In this document: positions 28,117 to 37,443 of the stretch, piece by piece
How positions within the stretch are numbered: position 1 is the first letter of the stretch
Layout of the letters: every line of letters starts with the position of its first letter
The notes under the pieces: model-generated
Seen by the model: the letters and a program-made list of their open reading frames with translations, nothing else
What the model was told of the DNA's origin: nothing
The model's database searches: none
NCBI GenBank assembly: GCA_964394185.1
Contig: CAYMWM010000001.1
Coordinates: forward strand, 2,233-66,232
Length of the DNA: 64,000 bases
Origin: an uncultured Smithella sp.
GTDB lineage: Bacteria > Desulfobacterota > Syntrophia > Syntrophales > Smithellaceae
Direction of reading: 5' to 3'
Made by a program: the position numbers and the translations under genes

Positions 28117-29148
28117 CTACCATTCGACTCCCAGCATGATTGAATTGAGGCCGGAACCGATGCCCAGTAAACCTACCTTGCTCCCTTTGGGAATCTTCTT
28201 TTGCTCATCAAAAATATTTAACGTAATCGGCAGGGCGGATGCTCCGGTATTGCCCAGATATTGATACGTGATAAAGGTTGGACAATTGTCGAGCTTCAAT
28301 ATTTGTCTTAAAAGCGCTTCGTGCGCCACTCCGACCTGATGGCCGACAAAATAATCAACATCATCATTGGTCCACTTCAGCACCCGTTTTGTTTCTTCCC
28401 ATGTTTTCTCGGCCAGAGCAATGCCGGATTTCATCAGCTCTTCGGAATCGGTTTCCATCATTAATGATGATGTATCACCGCCGCCGCGGCAAAGAACATT
28501 GGCCGATGAATCAACCATTGAGGCTCCTCCCAGCAGCAAATGACCTTCCGGAACACAGTTTTTGTGCGATATCGTATAAGCAACCGCAGCAGCGCCAATC
28601 GTTAAATTCGCGATATATTTTTTAATGCTTTTTCTGGTGATGCTATGATCATTTAACAGATGTTCCATGGTTTGCAGCAGGAGCGGCCCGCCGTTTTCAC
28701 CGGAAACAATAAGAGCGTGTTTGATTAAACCCTGCTCAATCATATTGGCGGCAACCACAAAGGAACTCATCATGCCCAGACAGGCGTTGGACAAATCAAA
28801 GAACATGGTATGTTCCCGCAGTCCCAGATTATAATGAACAATCGAGGAAGTTGATGGTTCCAGATAATCGCGGCACACAGATGCGTGGATGATCAAGTCA
28901 ATATCCTCCGGTTTCACGACATTTTTTGCAAAAAGATTTTTAGCGGCTTGAGTGGACAGATCGCTGGGCATTGTTCCGGGAGGCCAGTAACGCCTTTCTT
29001 TAATTCCCGTCATCATTTCAATCCTGCCGGCGGGAAGTTTAAGGCGTTCATAAACCGGCGCGAGCCTTTCTTCGATTTCAGTCGAAGTCATTATGGTTTC
29101 AGGAATATGATAGGCAAATGACGAAATAACAACATTTTTGAATTTCAT
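28117..29148 (-). CDS. fabH: 3-oxoacyl-ACP synthase III (FabH-like)
   Basis: Start moved to ATG 29148 (MKFKNVV), in an ATGA overlap with the upstream stop. Cys-His-Asn triad contexts SNACLG, VGHQVG, LGNTGASA. Confidence 0.8.
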   Translation of the reverse strand: MKFKNVVISSFAYHIPETIMTSTEIEERLAPVYERLKLPAGRIEMMTGIKERRYWPPGTMPSDLSTQAAKNLFAKNVVKPEDIDLIIHASVCRDYLEPSTSSIVHYNLGLREHTMFFDLSNACLGMMSSFVVAANMIEQGLIKHALIVSGENGGPLLLQTMEHLLNDHSITRKSIKKYIANLTIGAAAVAYTISHKNCVPEGHLLLGGASMVDSSANVLCRGGGDTSSLMMETDSEELMKSGIALAEKTWEETKRVLKWTNDDVDYFVGHQVGVAHEALLRQILKLDNCPTFITYQYLGNTGASALPITLNIFDEQKKIPKGSKVGLLGIGSGLNSIMLGVEW

Positions 29149-30530
29149 GATTTTTCTCCATCCATCAGGCAATGCAGATTGGCCATTGAAATACCGCTGA
29201 GCATGGCGCCGACTATTCCCAGGAATCCCTGATCGGTACCGCAGATAAAAAGATTTTTTATGCCGGTTCTGCCGTCCCGGGACTTTTGCGTGGTTCCATA
29301 AACCGCTCCCTGAAAATGACCGGTATAGCGGGTGATGGTCTTGGGAGTAAAAACATCATGATAAAGAAGGTTGGCCTGAAAGTTTGGGAACATTTTGGCT
29401 ATTAACTTCATCGCTTCATCACAGACCTCTTTTTTTCTCGAGAGATATGTTTTTCTGTCCAGTTCATTCCATTTTTCAAAATTGGCAATAAACGTGACGC
29501 GAATTAATCCTTCCTCATAGTCGTCATAACCGAAATTGTTCGGGAAGCAAATCACGGCGCTTTGGTAATCACACAGCGTCTGCGGTTTTTGATAATGATA
29601 TTTTTCATTTTCATTGGAAAATACAATGGTTTCTTGAATGCCGAATTCGCAGGGCTTCTTGTCAAAGAATAAAATGGTTTCCGTAAAGCTCATATTGCCG
29701 ATGGCGGGAGATTCCTGCCCCTCGGTAACAATGTTCATCGTTTCCGGCAGACCGATGGAGGACATGACTTTGTTGGCCACAAGTTTTTCACCAGAATCCA
29801 ATGTGACGCCTTTCACAACACCATTTTCCACATCTATTTTTTTGATACCGGTTCCCAGGCGCAGTTCGCCGCCCAGTTGGGTATATCTTTCGAGAAGTAA
29901 ATCGATGACCAGACGAACCCCGTTTTTGGGGCGGCTGAAACCTTCCAGATAAATGCTTTTAAACATGATGACAAACTGGGAAAAATCCATGTCGTTTTCC
30001 CAGGCGCTTCCGTAAATCAGCAGGGGGCAGAAAAGCATTTCCAGCAATTTTTCGTCGGTAATAATTTCGCGGACCCTTTCTTTCGCGCTCTGAGGCTTAT
30101 TGTTCAGATTAACCTCATCGAAGTTTTTGACGAGTTCAAGAAGTCTTGCAAAATTATCCTGCTGGCCCGGAAAGGCTCTGGCTATCTCTCCGGTGAGTAA
30201 TTGCGGATTATTGGAAAAAGAAAGATTGCATCCGGGAAATGCTACACATGAGAAATTCTGCTGGGACAAATCCAGTTTTTCGTACGGTATTCTTAATTGC
30301 TTGAGCAGTTTTGTTAAGGGGCGGCCTCTTTCACCCTTTTGGGCAAAATTGGTCATGGCATGCAAACCTACATCCAGCCTTCTGCCCTGCCGTTCATAAT
30401 AGGAATTAAGACCGCCGGGTACTTTATGCCGCTCCAGAATACACACCTTGTGATCGTACATGGCCAGTCTGATGCCTGCCGCCAGACCGGACATGCCCGC
30501 GCCTATGATCAGCGTATCATAATTCGTCAT
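29145..30530 (-). CDS. Phytoene-desaturase-family FAD-dependent oxidoreductase (copy 1)
   Basis: YDTLIIGAGMSGLAAGIRLAMYDHKVCILERHKVPGG, 461 aa. Confidence 0.8.
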   Translation of the reverse strand: MTNYDTLIIGAGMSGLAAGIRLAMYDHKVCILERHKVPGGLNSYYERQGRRLDVGLHAMTNFAQKGERGRPLTKLLKQLRIPYEKLDLSQQNFSCVAFPGCNLSFSNNPQLLTGEIARAFPGQQDNFARLLELVKNFDEVNLNNKPQSAKERVREIITDEKLLEMLFCPLLIYGSAWENDMDFSQFVIMFKSIYLEGFSRPKNGVRLVIDLLLERYTQLGGELRLGTGIKKIDVENGVVKGVTLDSGEKLVANKVMSSIGLPETMNIVTEGQESPAIGNMSFTETILFFDKKPCEFGIQETIVFSNENEKYHYQKPQTLCDYQSAVICFPNNFGYDDYEEGLIRVTFIANFEKWNELDRKTYLSRKKEVCDEAMKLIAKMFPNFQANLLYHDVFTPKTITRYTGHFQGAVYGTTQKSRDGRTGIKNLFICGTDQGFLGIVGAMLSGISMANLHCLMDGEKS

Positions 30531-30793
30531 TATGCGGCTAATGCGAACTTGGGTCCCAGATACTCAATGCAACTTTTCAATGTCGCGAGTTTTATGTAAT
30601 CTTCTGTGGGCACTTCGATTTTATAACGCTTCTTGAGTTCCATCACCACATCCAGAAAATCCATGGAATCCAAATCAAGCTGTTCTCTTAATCTTACATT
30701 GTCATCAAGATTGGTAAGATTCTCGGGATCTTCATCAACGGCTATGTCGGCGATGATTTCAATGATTTTCTTTCTTAAGGTCTGGTAGTCCAT
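30530..30793 (-). CDS. Acyl carrier protein (divergent, not AcpP-like)
   Basis: 87 aa, LDLDSMDFLDVVMEL phosphopantetheine-Ser context. Its stop overlaps the next start. Confidence 0.8.
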   Translation of the reverse strand: MDYQTLRKKIIEIIADIAVDEDPENLTNLDDNVRLREQLDLDSMDFLDVVMELKKRYKIEVPTEDYIKLATLKSCIEYLGPKFALAA

Positions 30794-30814
30794 AATGCCT
30801 CCTGATAAAAAATT

Positions 30815-32056
30815 TTATTTGTTATATTTTTTTATAATTAAAACCGAATTGATTCCCAGCATCCCGAAGGAGTTGCTTAAAATATATTTAACGTCCTTCT
30901 CGACGGGATTACCATTTACGAGATTCTTTAAACTGCACCGGGGATCGACATTTTCAATAAGCTTGCACGAATGAATTTTGTTATCGGTAAAACTGGGTAT
31001 ATTTCCTGCCAGTTCCAGTGCACCGGCGGCGCCCATCGCGTGTCCGATAAATCCCTTGGTGCAATTGATGTAGGTGTTTTCGGATTGTCCGAAGACAGCC
31101 CGAACCGCTTCACATTCATTGATGTCTCCGGATACTGTTCCGGTGGCATGAAGGTTAACGATGTCAATATCATCGGCCTTAAGGTCCGCCTTGGCCATTG
31201 CCGTTTGCATGCATTCAATCTGTCTTTGCGTATCGGGAAGAACAAAATCAACAGCATCGGAATTAACATGATAACCGGCTATTTCGCTGTAAATTTTTGC
31301 TCCTCTTTTCTGGGCATCTTCCAGCCTTTCCAGAACAAAAATCGCTCCACCCTCCGATACAACAATACCATTGCGGTTCACATCCAGCGGGCGGCTGGCA
31401 AGTGTGGGATCTTCATGAGTACCCAGGGCACCCTGACTCTTGAAGCCTGCAAAGATTCCGAAAGTGCCTGTGCTTTCGGAAACGCCTCCCGCCAGAGCCA
31501 GATCAACTTCATCCAGTTGCAGCATTTGCATTCCATGAATAATACCGATATTGCCAGCAGCGCAGGCGGCGCCGATCGTATAGGCAGGACCTGTGATTCC
31601 CAAATTAAGACTGACTTCGCCGGCAGGAGCATTGGCAACCGTTCTGGGATTATGATGATGAGACCATAAGCCGGCATCAAGGTTGTTCGCATGAAGTTCA
31701 TATATTTCGTTTTCCGTTTCCACATTACCGTGCTCGGTGATTCCGAGATAGATGCCCGTTCTGTTTTTAACCAAAGACTCTATGGAGAGGTCGCTGTCGA
31801 GCAGCGCTTCACTTGCGCAATAAATAGAAATTGAACCCGCCCGGGTTCCACGTTTGCGCATTTTTTTCTTTTGATGAAGTGTTTCATCAAAATTACAGTT
31901 TCCTGCTGCCACTTTGCCCATATAGCGTACTTCCATTTCGGTAATTCCGGATTTTTGCGTAAGCAGGGCGCCGCGAAAATCTGTTAGATTATTTCCGTTA
32001 GGAGCCGTAAGCCCGACACCGGTGATAACAATTCTGACATTTTGTTTAAGACCCAT
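30815..32056 (-). CDS. fabF: 3-oxoacyl-ACP synthase II (FabF-like)
   Basis: Active-site contexts GAACAAG, NLHATGT, GHAMGAAG. 413 aa. Confidence 0.85.
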   Translation of the reverse strand: MGLKQNVRIVITGVGLTAPNGNNLTDFRGALLTQKSGITEMEVRYMGKVAAGNCNFDETLHQKKKMRKRGTRAGSISIYCASEALLDSDLSIESLVKNRTGIYLGITEHGNVETENEIYELHANNLDAGLWSHHHNPRTVANAPAGEVSLNLGITGPAYTIGAACAAGNIGIIHGMQMLQLDEVDLALAGGVSESTGTFGIFAGFKSQGALGTHEDPTLASRPLDVNRNGIVVSEGGAIFVLERLEDAQKRGAKIYSEIAGYHVNSDAVDFVLPDTQRQIECMQTAMAKADLKADDIDIVNLHATGTVSGDINECEAVRAVFGQSENTYINCTKGFIGHAMGAAGALELAGNIPSFTDNKIHSCKLIENVDPRCSLKNLVNGNPVEKDVKYILSNSFGMLGINSVLIIKKYNK

Positions 32057-32331
32057 TAATATTTCCTAAATATTTTTAAAAATAATAATTACATACTGGT
32101 ATCTGCCGCGGCAGTTTCAGTATTATACATCACAAGACAAAATGATGAGGGATTTCTCGTGTCACATACAGAGATAAAAATCATTCTTTTCCCCCTTTTC
32201 GCTAAAAGGGGAAAACTATTCTTTTAACTCTCCTCGCCCTCACAACAAAAAACTTGAGACATTTCGTGCTTAGATATTATCCCTATATGTAAACATATGT
32301 CAACAAAAAAATTGAGGGAAAGCTCACTTTT

Positions 32332-32826
32332 TTAAGTTTTTGTTTTCTTTAATATTTCAATCATTATTTTGGCGCAGGCGAGGGTGTCGGAAAGGGCGTC
32401 ATGGTGCCGCAAATCAATGTTAAAGTTCCTGCAAACGGCGGGCAGGTTGGTAGGGTAAAGTCCAAAAACTTTCCGGGACAGTTTCATTGTGCATCGAAAA
32501 TCAACGTCCGGCCTAGCAAGACTGTGTCTTGCACAGCAGGCGCTCAGAACATTTCTATCAAAACCGGCGTTATGAGCAACCGCGAAATCAATATCTTCGA
32601 AAAAAGGTGTTATCGATGACCAGTACTGTTCAAAAGTCGGCTTGTCCTCCACATCCTCAAAGGTGATTCCGTGTATATATGTAAATACAAAATGTTTATA
32701 GGGAGGCCGGATAAGAAATAAAGCTTGTTCGATAATTCTATTGTTCTCAACACGCGCCAGACCGAGGGCGCAGGCGCTGTCCGGGTAATAATTGGCTGTT
32801 TCAAAATCGAGTGCAAGGAAATTCAT
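32332..32826 (-). CDS. DnaQ-like 3'-5' exonuclease
   Basis: LALDFETAN ExoI motif, AHNAGFD, HHDALSD. ATG 32826 preferred over TTG 32838. Confidence 0.75.
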   Translation of the reverse strand: MNFLALDFETANYYPDSACALGLARVENNRIIEQALFLIRPPYKHFVFTYIHGITFEDVEDKPTFEQYWSSITPFFEDIDFAVAHNAGFDRNVLSACCARHSLARPDVDFRCTMKLSRKVFGLYPTNLPAVCRNFNIDLRHHDALSDTLACAKIMIEILKKTKT

Positions 32827-32856
32827 AATAAAATTCAATGATAAAATTCTTGATTA

Positions 32857-32892
32857 TGTAAAAGAGGGGGCAGTTTTTCAACTTACCCCCTC
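32857..32892 (-). terminator. Intrinsic terminator after the FKBP gene
   Basis: Minus strand reads GAGGGGG-N15-CCCCCTC followed by TTTTAC. Confidence 0.5.
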
Positions 32893-32925
32893 CGTACGAT
32901 TTTTGTTTAACAAAATCTGCACAAA

Positions 32926-33639
32926 CTATTTCTTTGGTTTCGTCTTTGTTTGTTTCTTTGTCACTGGAGGTGCAGGTGCCTTCTGAACGTCTAATAGTTC
33001 CACCTCAAAAATCAGTGTTGCCCCGCCGGGAATAATGGGCGCTCTGCCCTGATCGCCGTAAGCGATTTCTGAAGGACAAATCAACTTGGCTTTTCCGCCG
33101 ACTTTCATTTTTGCAACACCTTCTGTCCAACAGGGAATAACCTGTCCCAAAGGGAATTCAATGGGCTGGCCGCGCTTTACGGAACTATCGAATTCCTTGC
33201 CATCAATCAACGTGCCGGTATAGTGGACTTTGACTGTATCCGAGGCTGTTGGTTGAGCACCGTTTCCAATGGTAATGGGCTGATAAATAAGACCTGAAGC
33301 TGTCTGTTCGGCCTCCTTTTCCGTGGCAGCTTTTTCCAGGAACGGTTTGGCTAATTCTTTTTGCTTTTGTGCAGCGGCCTTTGCTCTTTCCTGAGCGAGA
33401 GTATTGATGTTTTTGCCGTAATCTTCAGGTTCGACCGCCAATTTTTTACCGGCTGCAGCGTCGTTGATACCCATCTTGACATAGTCGTATTCGTCCTCAG
33501 TCAGGTCAAAAACGGACAGTTGTTTCGTTATGATAACACCCAGCGCATATAGCGTTTTTTGATCTTCAGTTTTCGGCTTGGCAGCCCATGCCGGAACAGC
33601 CAATAATATAATTACGATACAAATGATAACCTTACGCAT
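32926..33639 (-). CDS. Periplasmic FKBP-type peptidyl-prolyl isomerase (FkpA-like)
   Basis: ATG 33639 with GAAAGGAG upstream. Signal peptide, then VHYTGTLIDGKEFDSS...GGATLIFEVELL FKBP motifs. Lys-rich tail. Confidence 0.8.
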   Translation of the reverse strand: MRKVIICIVIILLAVPAWAAKPKTEDQKTLYALGVIITKQLSVFDLTEDEYDYVKMGINDAAAGKKLAVEPEDYGKNINTLAQERAKAAAQKQKELAKPFLEKAATEKEAEQTASGLIYQPITIGNGAQPTASDTVKVHYTGTLIDGKEFDSSVKRGQPIEFPLGQVIPCWTEGVAKMKVGGKAKLICPSEIAYGDQGRAPIIPGGATLIFEVELLDVQKAPAPPVTKKQTKTKPKK

Positions 33640-33826
33640 AGAACTCCTTTCTGAAAACAAAATATTTTTTATAAAATGTTATTTGAAATGTTGCTAAATA
33701 TAAAAGCTTTAATCTTATATGTCAATGAAATATTGTGACCAAAATCATTTTAATTTTTTGATAAAAAAACCCTTCATAATTATGGCTTCAAAGGGGAGCT
33801 TCCTCCTTAATATTTTTTAAAAACCG

Positions 33827-34351
33827 TCATTTAGCCTTATTAAATTTCGCAAAAATCCAGAATGGCACGGCAACAGGATTAAGACTCTTGTATTGTTGTT
33901 TTAGGGAGATGTAATCTTCAATTTTTTTAATTGCTTCTCTGGGGGTGTCGACGAATTCCACGCCGGCTTCATAAGAATCATCTTCCGTAATGATTTTAAT
34001 CCATTTAACTTTTCCCAGCGCAGTTATTTTTTGATGGAGACTTTCCAATGTCAAGTTTATATTAACCAGGGTATCAACGGGCAAAAGAACATTGCCCTGA
34101 ATTTTAGTTCCCGAAGTGGAAATGTCCCTGCTGTGTTCGCTGATATTTTTCATCTTCGGAATATTTTTTTTATTGGAGACGATTGTTATTGTGACTTCGT
34201 GTTCTTCCTTCAGCCTTTGGGACTTTCTTTTTTCACCGGTTTTGTTTTGCTCGGTATTTTTTTCTTCGCTTCCTTTCGTTTGTTTGACTTTTCCCTTGGT
34301 ATTCATAACGATCCATTCCTCCTTTTTGTTATCAGAATGTCCGTTTTTCAC
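33827..34351 (-). CDS. PilZ-domain (c-di-GMP binding) protein
   Basis: RKSQRLK (RxxxR) and DISTSGTKIQG (D/NxSxxG) motifs. Confidence 0.65.
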   Translation of the reverse strand: MKNGHSDNKKEEWIVMNTKGKVKQTKGSEEKNTEQNKTGEKRKSQRLKEEHEVTITIVSNKKNIPKMKNISEHSRDISTSGTKIQGNVLLPVDTLVNINLTLESLHQKITALGKVKWIKIITEDDSYEAGVEFVDTPREAIKKIEDYISLKQQYKSLNPVAVPFWIFAKFNKAK

Positions 34352-34505
34352 TTGTTAATTTCAAGTACTCCAAACCACACATTAAATTTATAAATATTAT
34401 CTCAACAGATGATGATAAAGACAAGCTGTTTTTATGCAGGATCTTTTTTCAGAAAGAGGAATACAAATATTAAAGACAACAGCAAATCGCTCCCAATCAA
34501 CAGCC

Positions 34506-34691
34506 TCATTTCTTTGCAATCGCAAATGAAATCAAACCGATACCCAAAATGATCAGGGTAATTGGACAGGGCAACGGCAATCCCAGGGGATTGGGCTTAT
34601 TCATAATCATTAGTGTGGAATCCGCTATAAGGAGAAATCCGGATATCGCAAAGCATATTTTTGATATCTTTAACATAAATACCTCTCTCAA
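34506..34691 (-). CDS. Small membrane protein (weak call)
   Basis: 61 aa with two hydrophobic helices. No homology recognised. Confidence 0.3.
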   Translation of the reverse strand: MREVFMLKISKICFAISGFLLIADSTLMIMNKPNPLGLPLPCPITLIILGIGLISFAIAKK

Positions 34692-34799
34692 ATGGATTTT
34701 GCCGCTGAAAATTAATATGTGACAGTATAGAAATATCTGTCCTGTGTGTCAAGGAATACAATTTATTTTGTATCAAGGTGTTTTGCCGACAATATTTAT

Positions 34800-34828
34800 T
34801 TGACTTTTGGCCGGCGCCAATTTAAGTT
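34800..34828 (+). promoter_or_regulatory. Sigma70-like promoter upstream of the KS operon
   Basis: TTGACT, 17 nt spacer, TAAGTT, about 50 nt upstream of the TTG start at 34879. Confidence 0.3.
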
Positions 34829-34878
34829 TCAGTAACTTATAATAAGTGAATGTTGAAATTTAAGTAAGGATTTTTATA

Positions 34879-36120
34879 TTGAAAAAACGTATTGTTATCA
34901 CCGGATTGGGAACTTTGAATTCTATCGCCAACAATGTACCGGATTTTGCGCAAGCACTCAAAAGCGGTACATGCGGCATCGGACCGGTTGACCTTTTTGA
35001 AACTACCGGATTTCGCAGTCAGATTGGAGGACAGATTAAAAACTTTATTGCCCGTGATTATATTCCCCGGAATTTTTCTACCAAAAGAATGTCACGGGCG
35101 GATATGCTTTCCTTTGCCGCAGCGCTGGAAGCGTTGCGTGACACCGGACTTTATCCGCCGCCTGAAGAATTGAAAGAGGATTTTGGTGTGGTCATCGGCG
35201 GCGGCGGCGGTGGACTTCTCGAAGCGGAAGAATTCTACGGGAAATTATTAAAAACAGACCGAAACGCAAAATTTTCCAGACTATCTGCTCTGTTCTGTGC
35301 CTCTTCCGCTGATTGCCTGGCTTCCGCATTCGGTTTTGCAGGACCGAAATCAACTTTTATGACTGCCTGTTCCGGGGGAGCCACCGCATTGGGTTATGCA
35401 AGGGATTTAATTCTTAACGATCAGGCATCCATTGTGCTTACCGGTGGCGTCGAACCCATGTGCCGGACGACGTATGCCGCCTTTAATGCTCTCAAGTCCG
35501 TTGATCCGGAAACCTGCCGTCCCTTTGATAAAAACCGTTCTGGGCTTTCTCTGGGCGAGGCTGCTGCAATCATGGTGTTGGAGGAACTGGAAGTTGCGCA
35601 AAAAAGAGGCGCTAAAATTTATGCTGAAATTCTGGGTTACGGCATTACCTGCGATTCTTATCACATGACCGCTCCCGATGAAAATGCCTCCGGCGCCATC
35701 CGTTCCATGAAGGCGGCGCTCAAAGACAGTGGCCTTTCCATTGGTGACATTGATTATATCAACGCGCACGGTACAGCCACACCGGTCAACGATGCCATGG
35801 AAACCAAAGCCATCAAGGAAGTCTTTGGCAATCGTGCCTACGCAGTTCCAGTCAGTTCTACCAAGTCCATGCATGCGCACACACTGGGCGCCGCAGGGGC
35901 GCTGGAAGGCATAGTCTCTGTACTGGCGCTTCAGCATGGCTTTATACCGCCGACCATTCATTATCAGGAAAGCGACCCGCAATGCGATCTGGATTACGTC
36001 ACTTCCGGTTCCCGAAACGCCTCTCTGCGAGCGGTGCTTTCCAATTCATTTGCCTTTGGGGGCAACAACACCACATTAATATTCGGCAAGTATTCCGGAA
36101 AGGGTGCTGTTAATGTTTGA
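34879..36120 (+). CDS. Beta-ketoacyl synthase (KS-alpha-like, catalytically complete)
   Basis: TTG start with AAGGA upstream. MTACSGGATA (Cys), CDSYHMTAP and NAHGTATP (His/His). Confidence 0.85.
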   Translation: MKKRIVITGLGTLNSIANNVPDFAQALKSGTCGIGPVDLFETTGFRSQIGGQIKNFIARDYIPRNFSTKRMSRADMLSFAAALEALRDTGLYPPPEELKEDFGVVIGGGGGGLLEAEEFYGKLLKTDRNAKFSRLSALFCASSADCLASAFGFAGPKSTFMTACSGGATALGYARDLILNDQASIVLTGGVEPMCRTTYAAFNALKSVDPETCRPFDKNRSGLSLGEAAAIMVLEELEVAQKRGAKIYAEILGYGITCDSYHMTAPDENASGAIRSMKAALKDSGLSIGDIDYINAHGTATPVNDAMETKAIKEVFGNRAYAVPVSSTKSMHAHTLGAAGALEGIVSVLALQHGFIPPTIHYQESDPQCDLDYVTSGSRNASLRAVLSNSFAFGGNNTTLIFGKYSGKGAVNV

Positions 36121-37354
36121 GGTAAAACAGACAGATAACGCCAGGCGTGTAGTTGTAACCGGCATCGGCATGGTAACTCCTATCGGCATCGGGAAAGAGG
36201 ATTTCTGCCGGAACCTTTTTTCCGGTGAAACCGGCATCGAGGAAATCAAATCATTCGATACAGTGTCTTTGCCGTCTCATTGCGGTGGAGAAGCCGGCAA
36301 TTTTAATCCGCGCGATTTTATCTCCGTGAAAAACATGCGGCGGATGGATAAAACATCTCAACTGACAGTGGCTTCTGTGCGCATGGCAATGGATGATGCC
36401 GGCGTAAAAATCACCGGAGAAAACCGCGATCGCGTGGGAATTATTCTGGGCACTGCATTCGGCGCCACGGATGTAACCGCTCAGTTTGCCGGCACACTGC
36501 TTACGCAGGGTCCGGCTCTTGTCAATCCGATACTCGTTCCCAACATTGTTATGAACGCTCCCGCCGGTCATGCTTCTATTGAACTGGGCTTTCGCGGCAT
36601 AAATACAACGATAACGCATTTTGCCGTATCCGCCGAAACCGCAATTACTTATGCGGCGGCGGAAATAAGACGCGGTACCGCCGATTTTATTCTTGCCGGG
36701 GGAGTAGATATTTTATCCAAATTATATTTCGAATCGCTGATTAAATTTCATGCTCTTTCACCTCAAAAAGGCGGGCCGGAAGGCTGCCGTCCTTTTGACA
36801 GGGCACGCAACGGCATCGTGGCGGCGGAGGGTTGCGGAATGATTTGTCTGGAAAATATGGAATCGGCGATGGCAAGAGGAAGAAAACCCTATTGTGAAAT
36901 CATAGGGGTAGGCATGGGTTCCTCACCGGCAAAATCCACCGGCTGGCCGCAGACTACAGACGGGATAAAACATACATTGAATCGTGCGCTGAAAAACGCC
37001 GGTTGCATGGCAAACGACATTCAGGCCATTTCTGCGGCGGGTAACGGAGATGTAATCCTTGATGCCGTTGAAGCTGACGCATACACTGAAATATTTGCCG
37101 CTTCAGAAAAAAAACCTTTCATCACCGCGCTTAAAGGTGCAACAGGAGAAAGCTTCTCGGGTGGCGGCATCAGGGCTTGTGCCTTAGCCCTGTGTATCGA
37201 TAAAAATATTCTGCCGTCGACAGCGGGGCTTACAAATCCCGTAAGGCCGTTGGCGTTTGTCACTGGTGAAAAACAGAAAATAGAAATCAATCATGCGATT
37301 CTTGCCGGTATTTCTTTTGGCGGTACATATGCCTATCTGATTTTCGGCAAATGA
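36113..37354 (+). CDS. Cys-less KS paralogue (chain-length-factor-like partner)
   Basis: ATG 36113 overlaps the KS stop (ATGTTTGA). The active-site position reads THFAVSAET (Cys to Ala). The His motif is degenerate (ISAAGNGD). Confidence 0.8.
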   Translation: MFEVKQTDNARRVVVTGIGMVTPIGIGKEDFCRNLFSGETGIEEIKSFDTVSLPSHCGGEAGNFNPRDFISVKNMRRMDKTSQLTVASVRMAMDDAGVKITGENRDRVGIILGTAFGATDVTAQFAGTLLTQGPALVNPILVPNIVMNAPAGHASIELGFRGINTTITHFAVSAETAITYAAAEIRRGTADFILAGGVDILSKLYFESLIKFHALSPQKGGPEGCRPFDRARNGIVAAEGCGMICLENMESAMARGRKPYCEIIGVGMGSSPAKSTGWPQTTDGIKHTLNRALKNAGCMANDIQAISAAGNGDVILDAVEADAYTEIFAASEKKPFITALKGATGESFSGGGIRACALALCIDKNILPSTAGLTNPVRPLAFVTGEKQKIEINHAILAGISFGGTYAYLIFGK

Positions 37355-37443
37355 CTCTATATGATTTTTATTGGCGGAAAGCATAAAATATTGTAAATAT
37401 CGTGTTGTATTGAAAAAATTATTAACCAATTGAAAGTAAAATC

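Noticed and set aside
30971-31669. Long antisense ORFs opposite fabF (232 aa). Similar cases occur at 35407-35982, 50603-51223, 59130-59594 and 10249-10791
   Set aside because: Each overlaps a gene with clear catalytic motifs on the other strand, and none has motifs of its own. They are shadow ORFs.
24470-32056. Interpretation as the ordinary housekeeping FAS II operon
   Set aside because: Not adopted. There is no fabD/plsX, the ACP is unlike AcpP, two PDS-like genes are interleaved, and the KR/DH/ER functions missing from the adjacent KS/CLF cluster are found only here. It remains the main alternative and needs the whole genome to settle.
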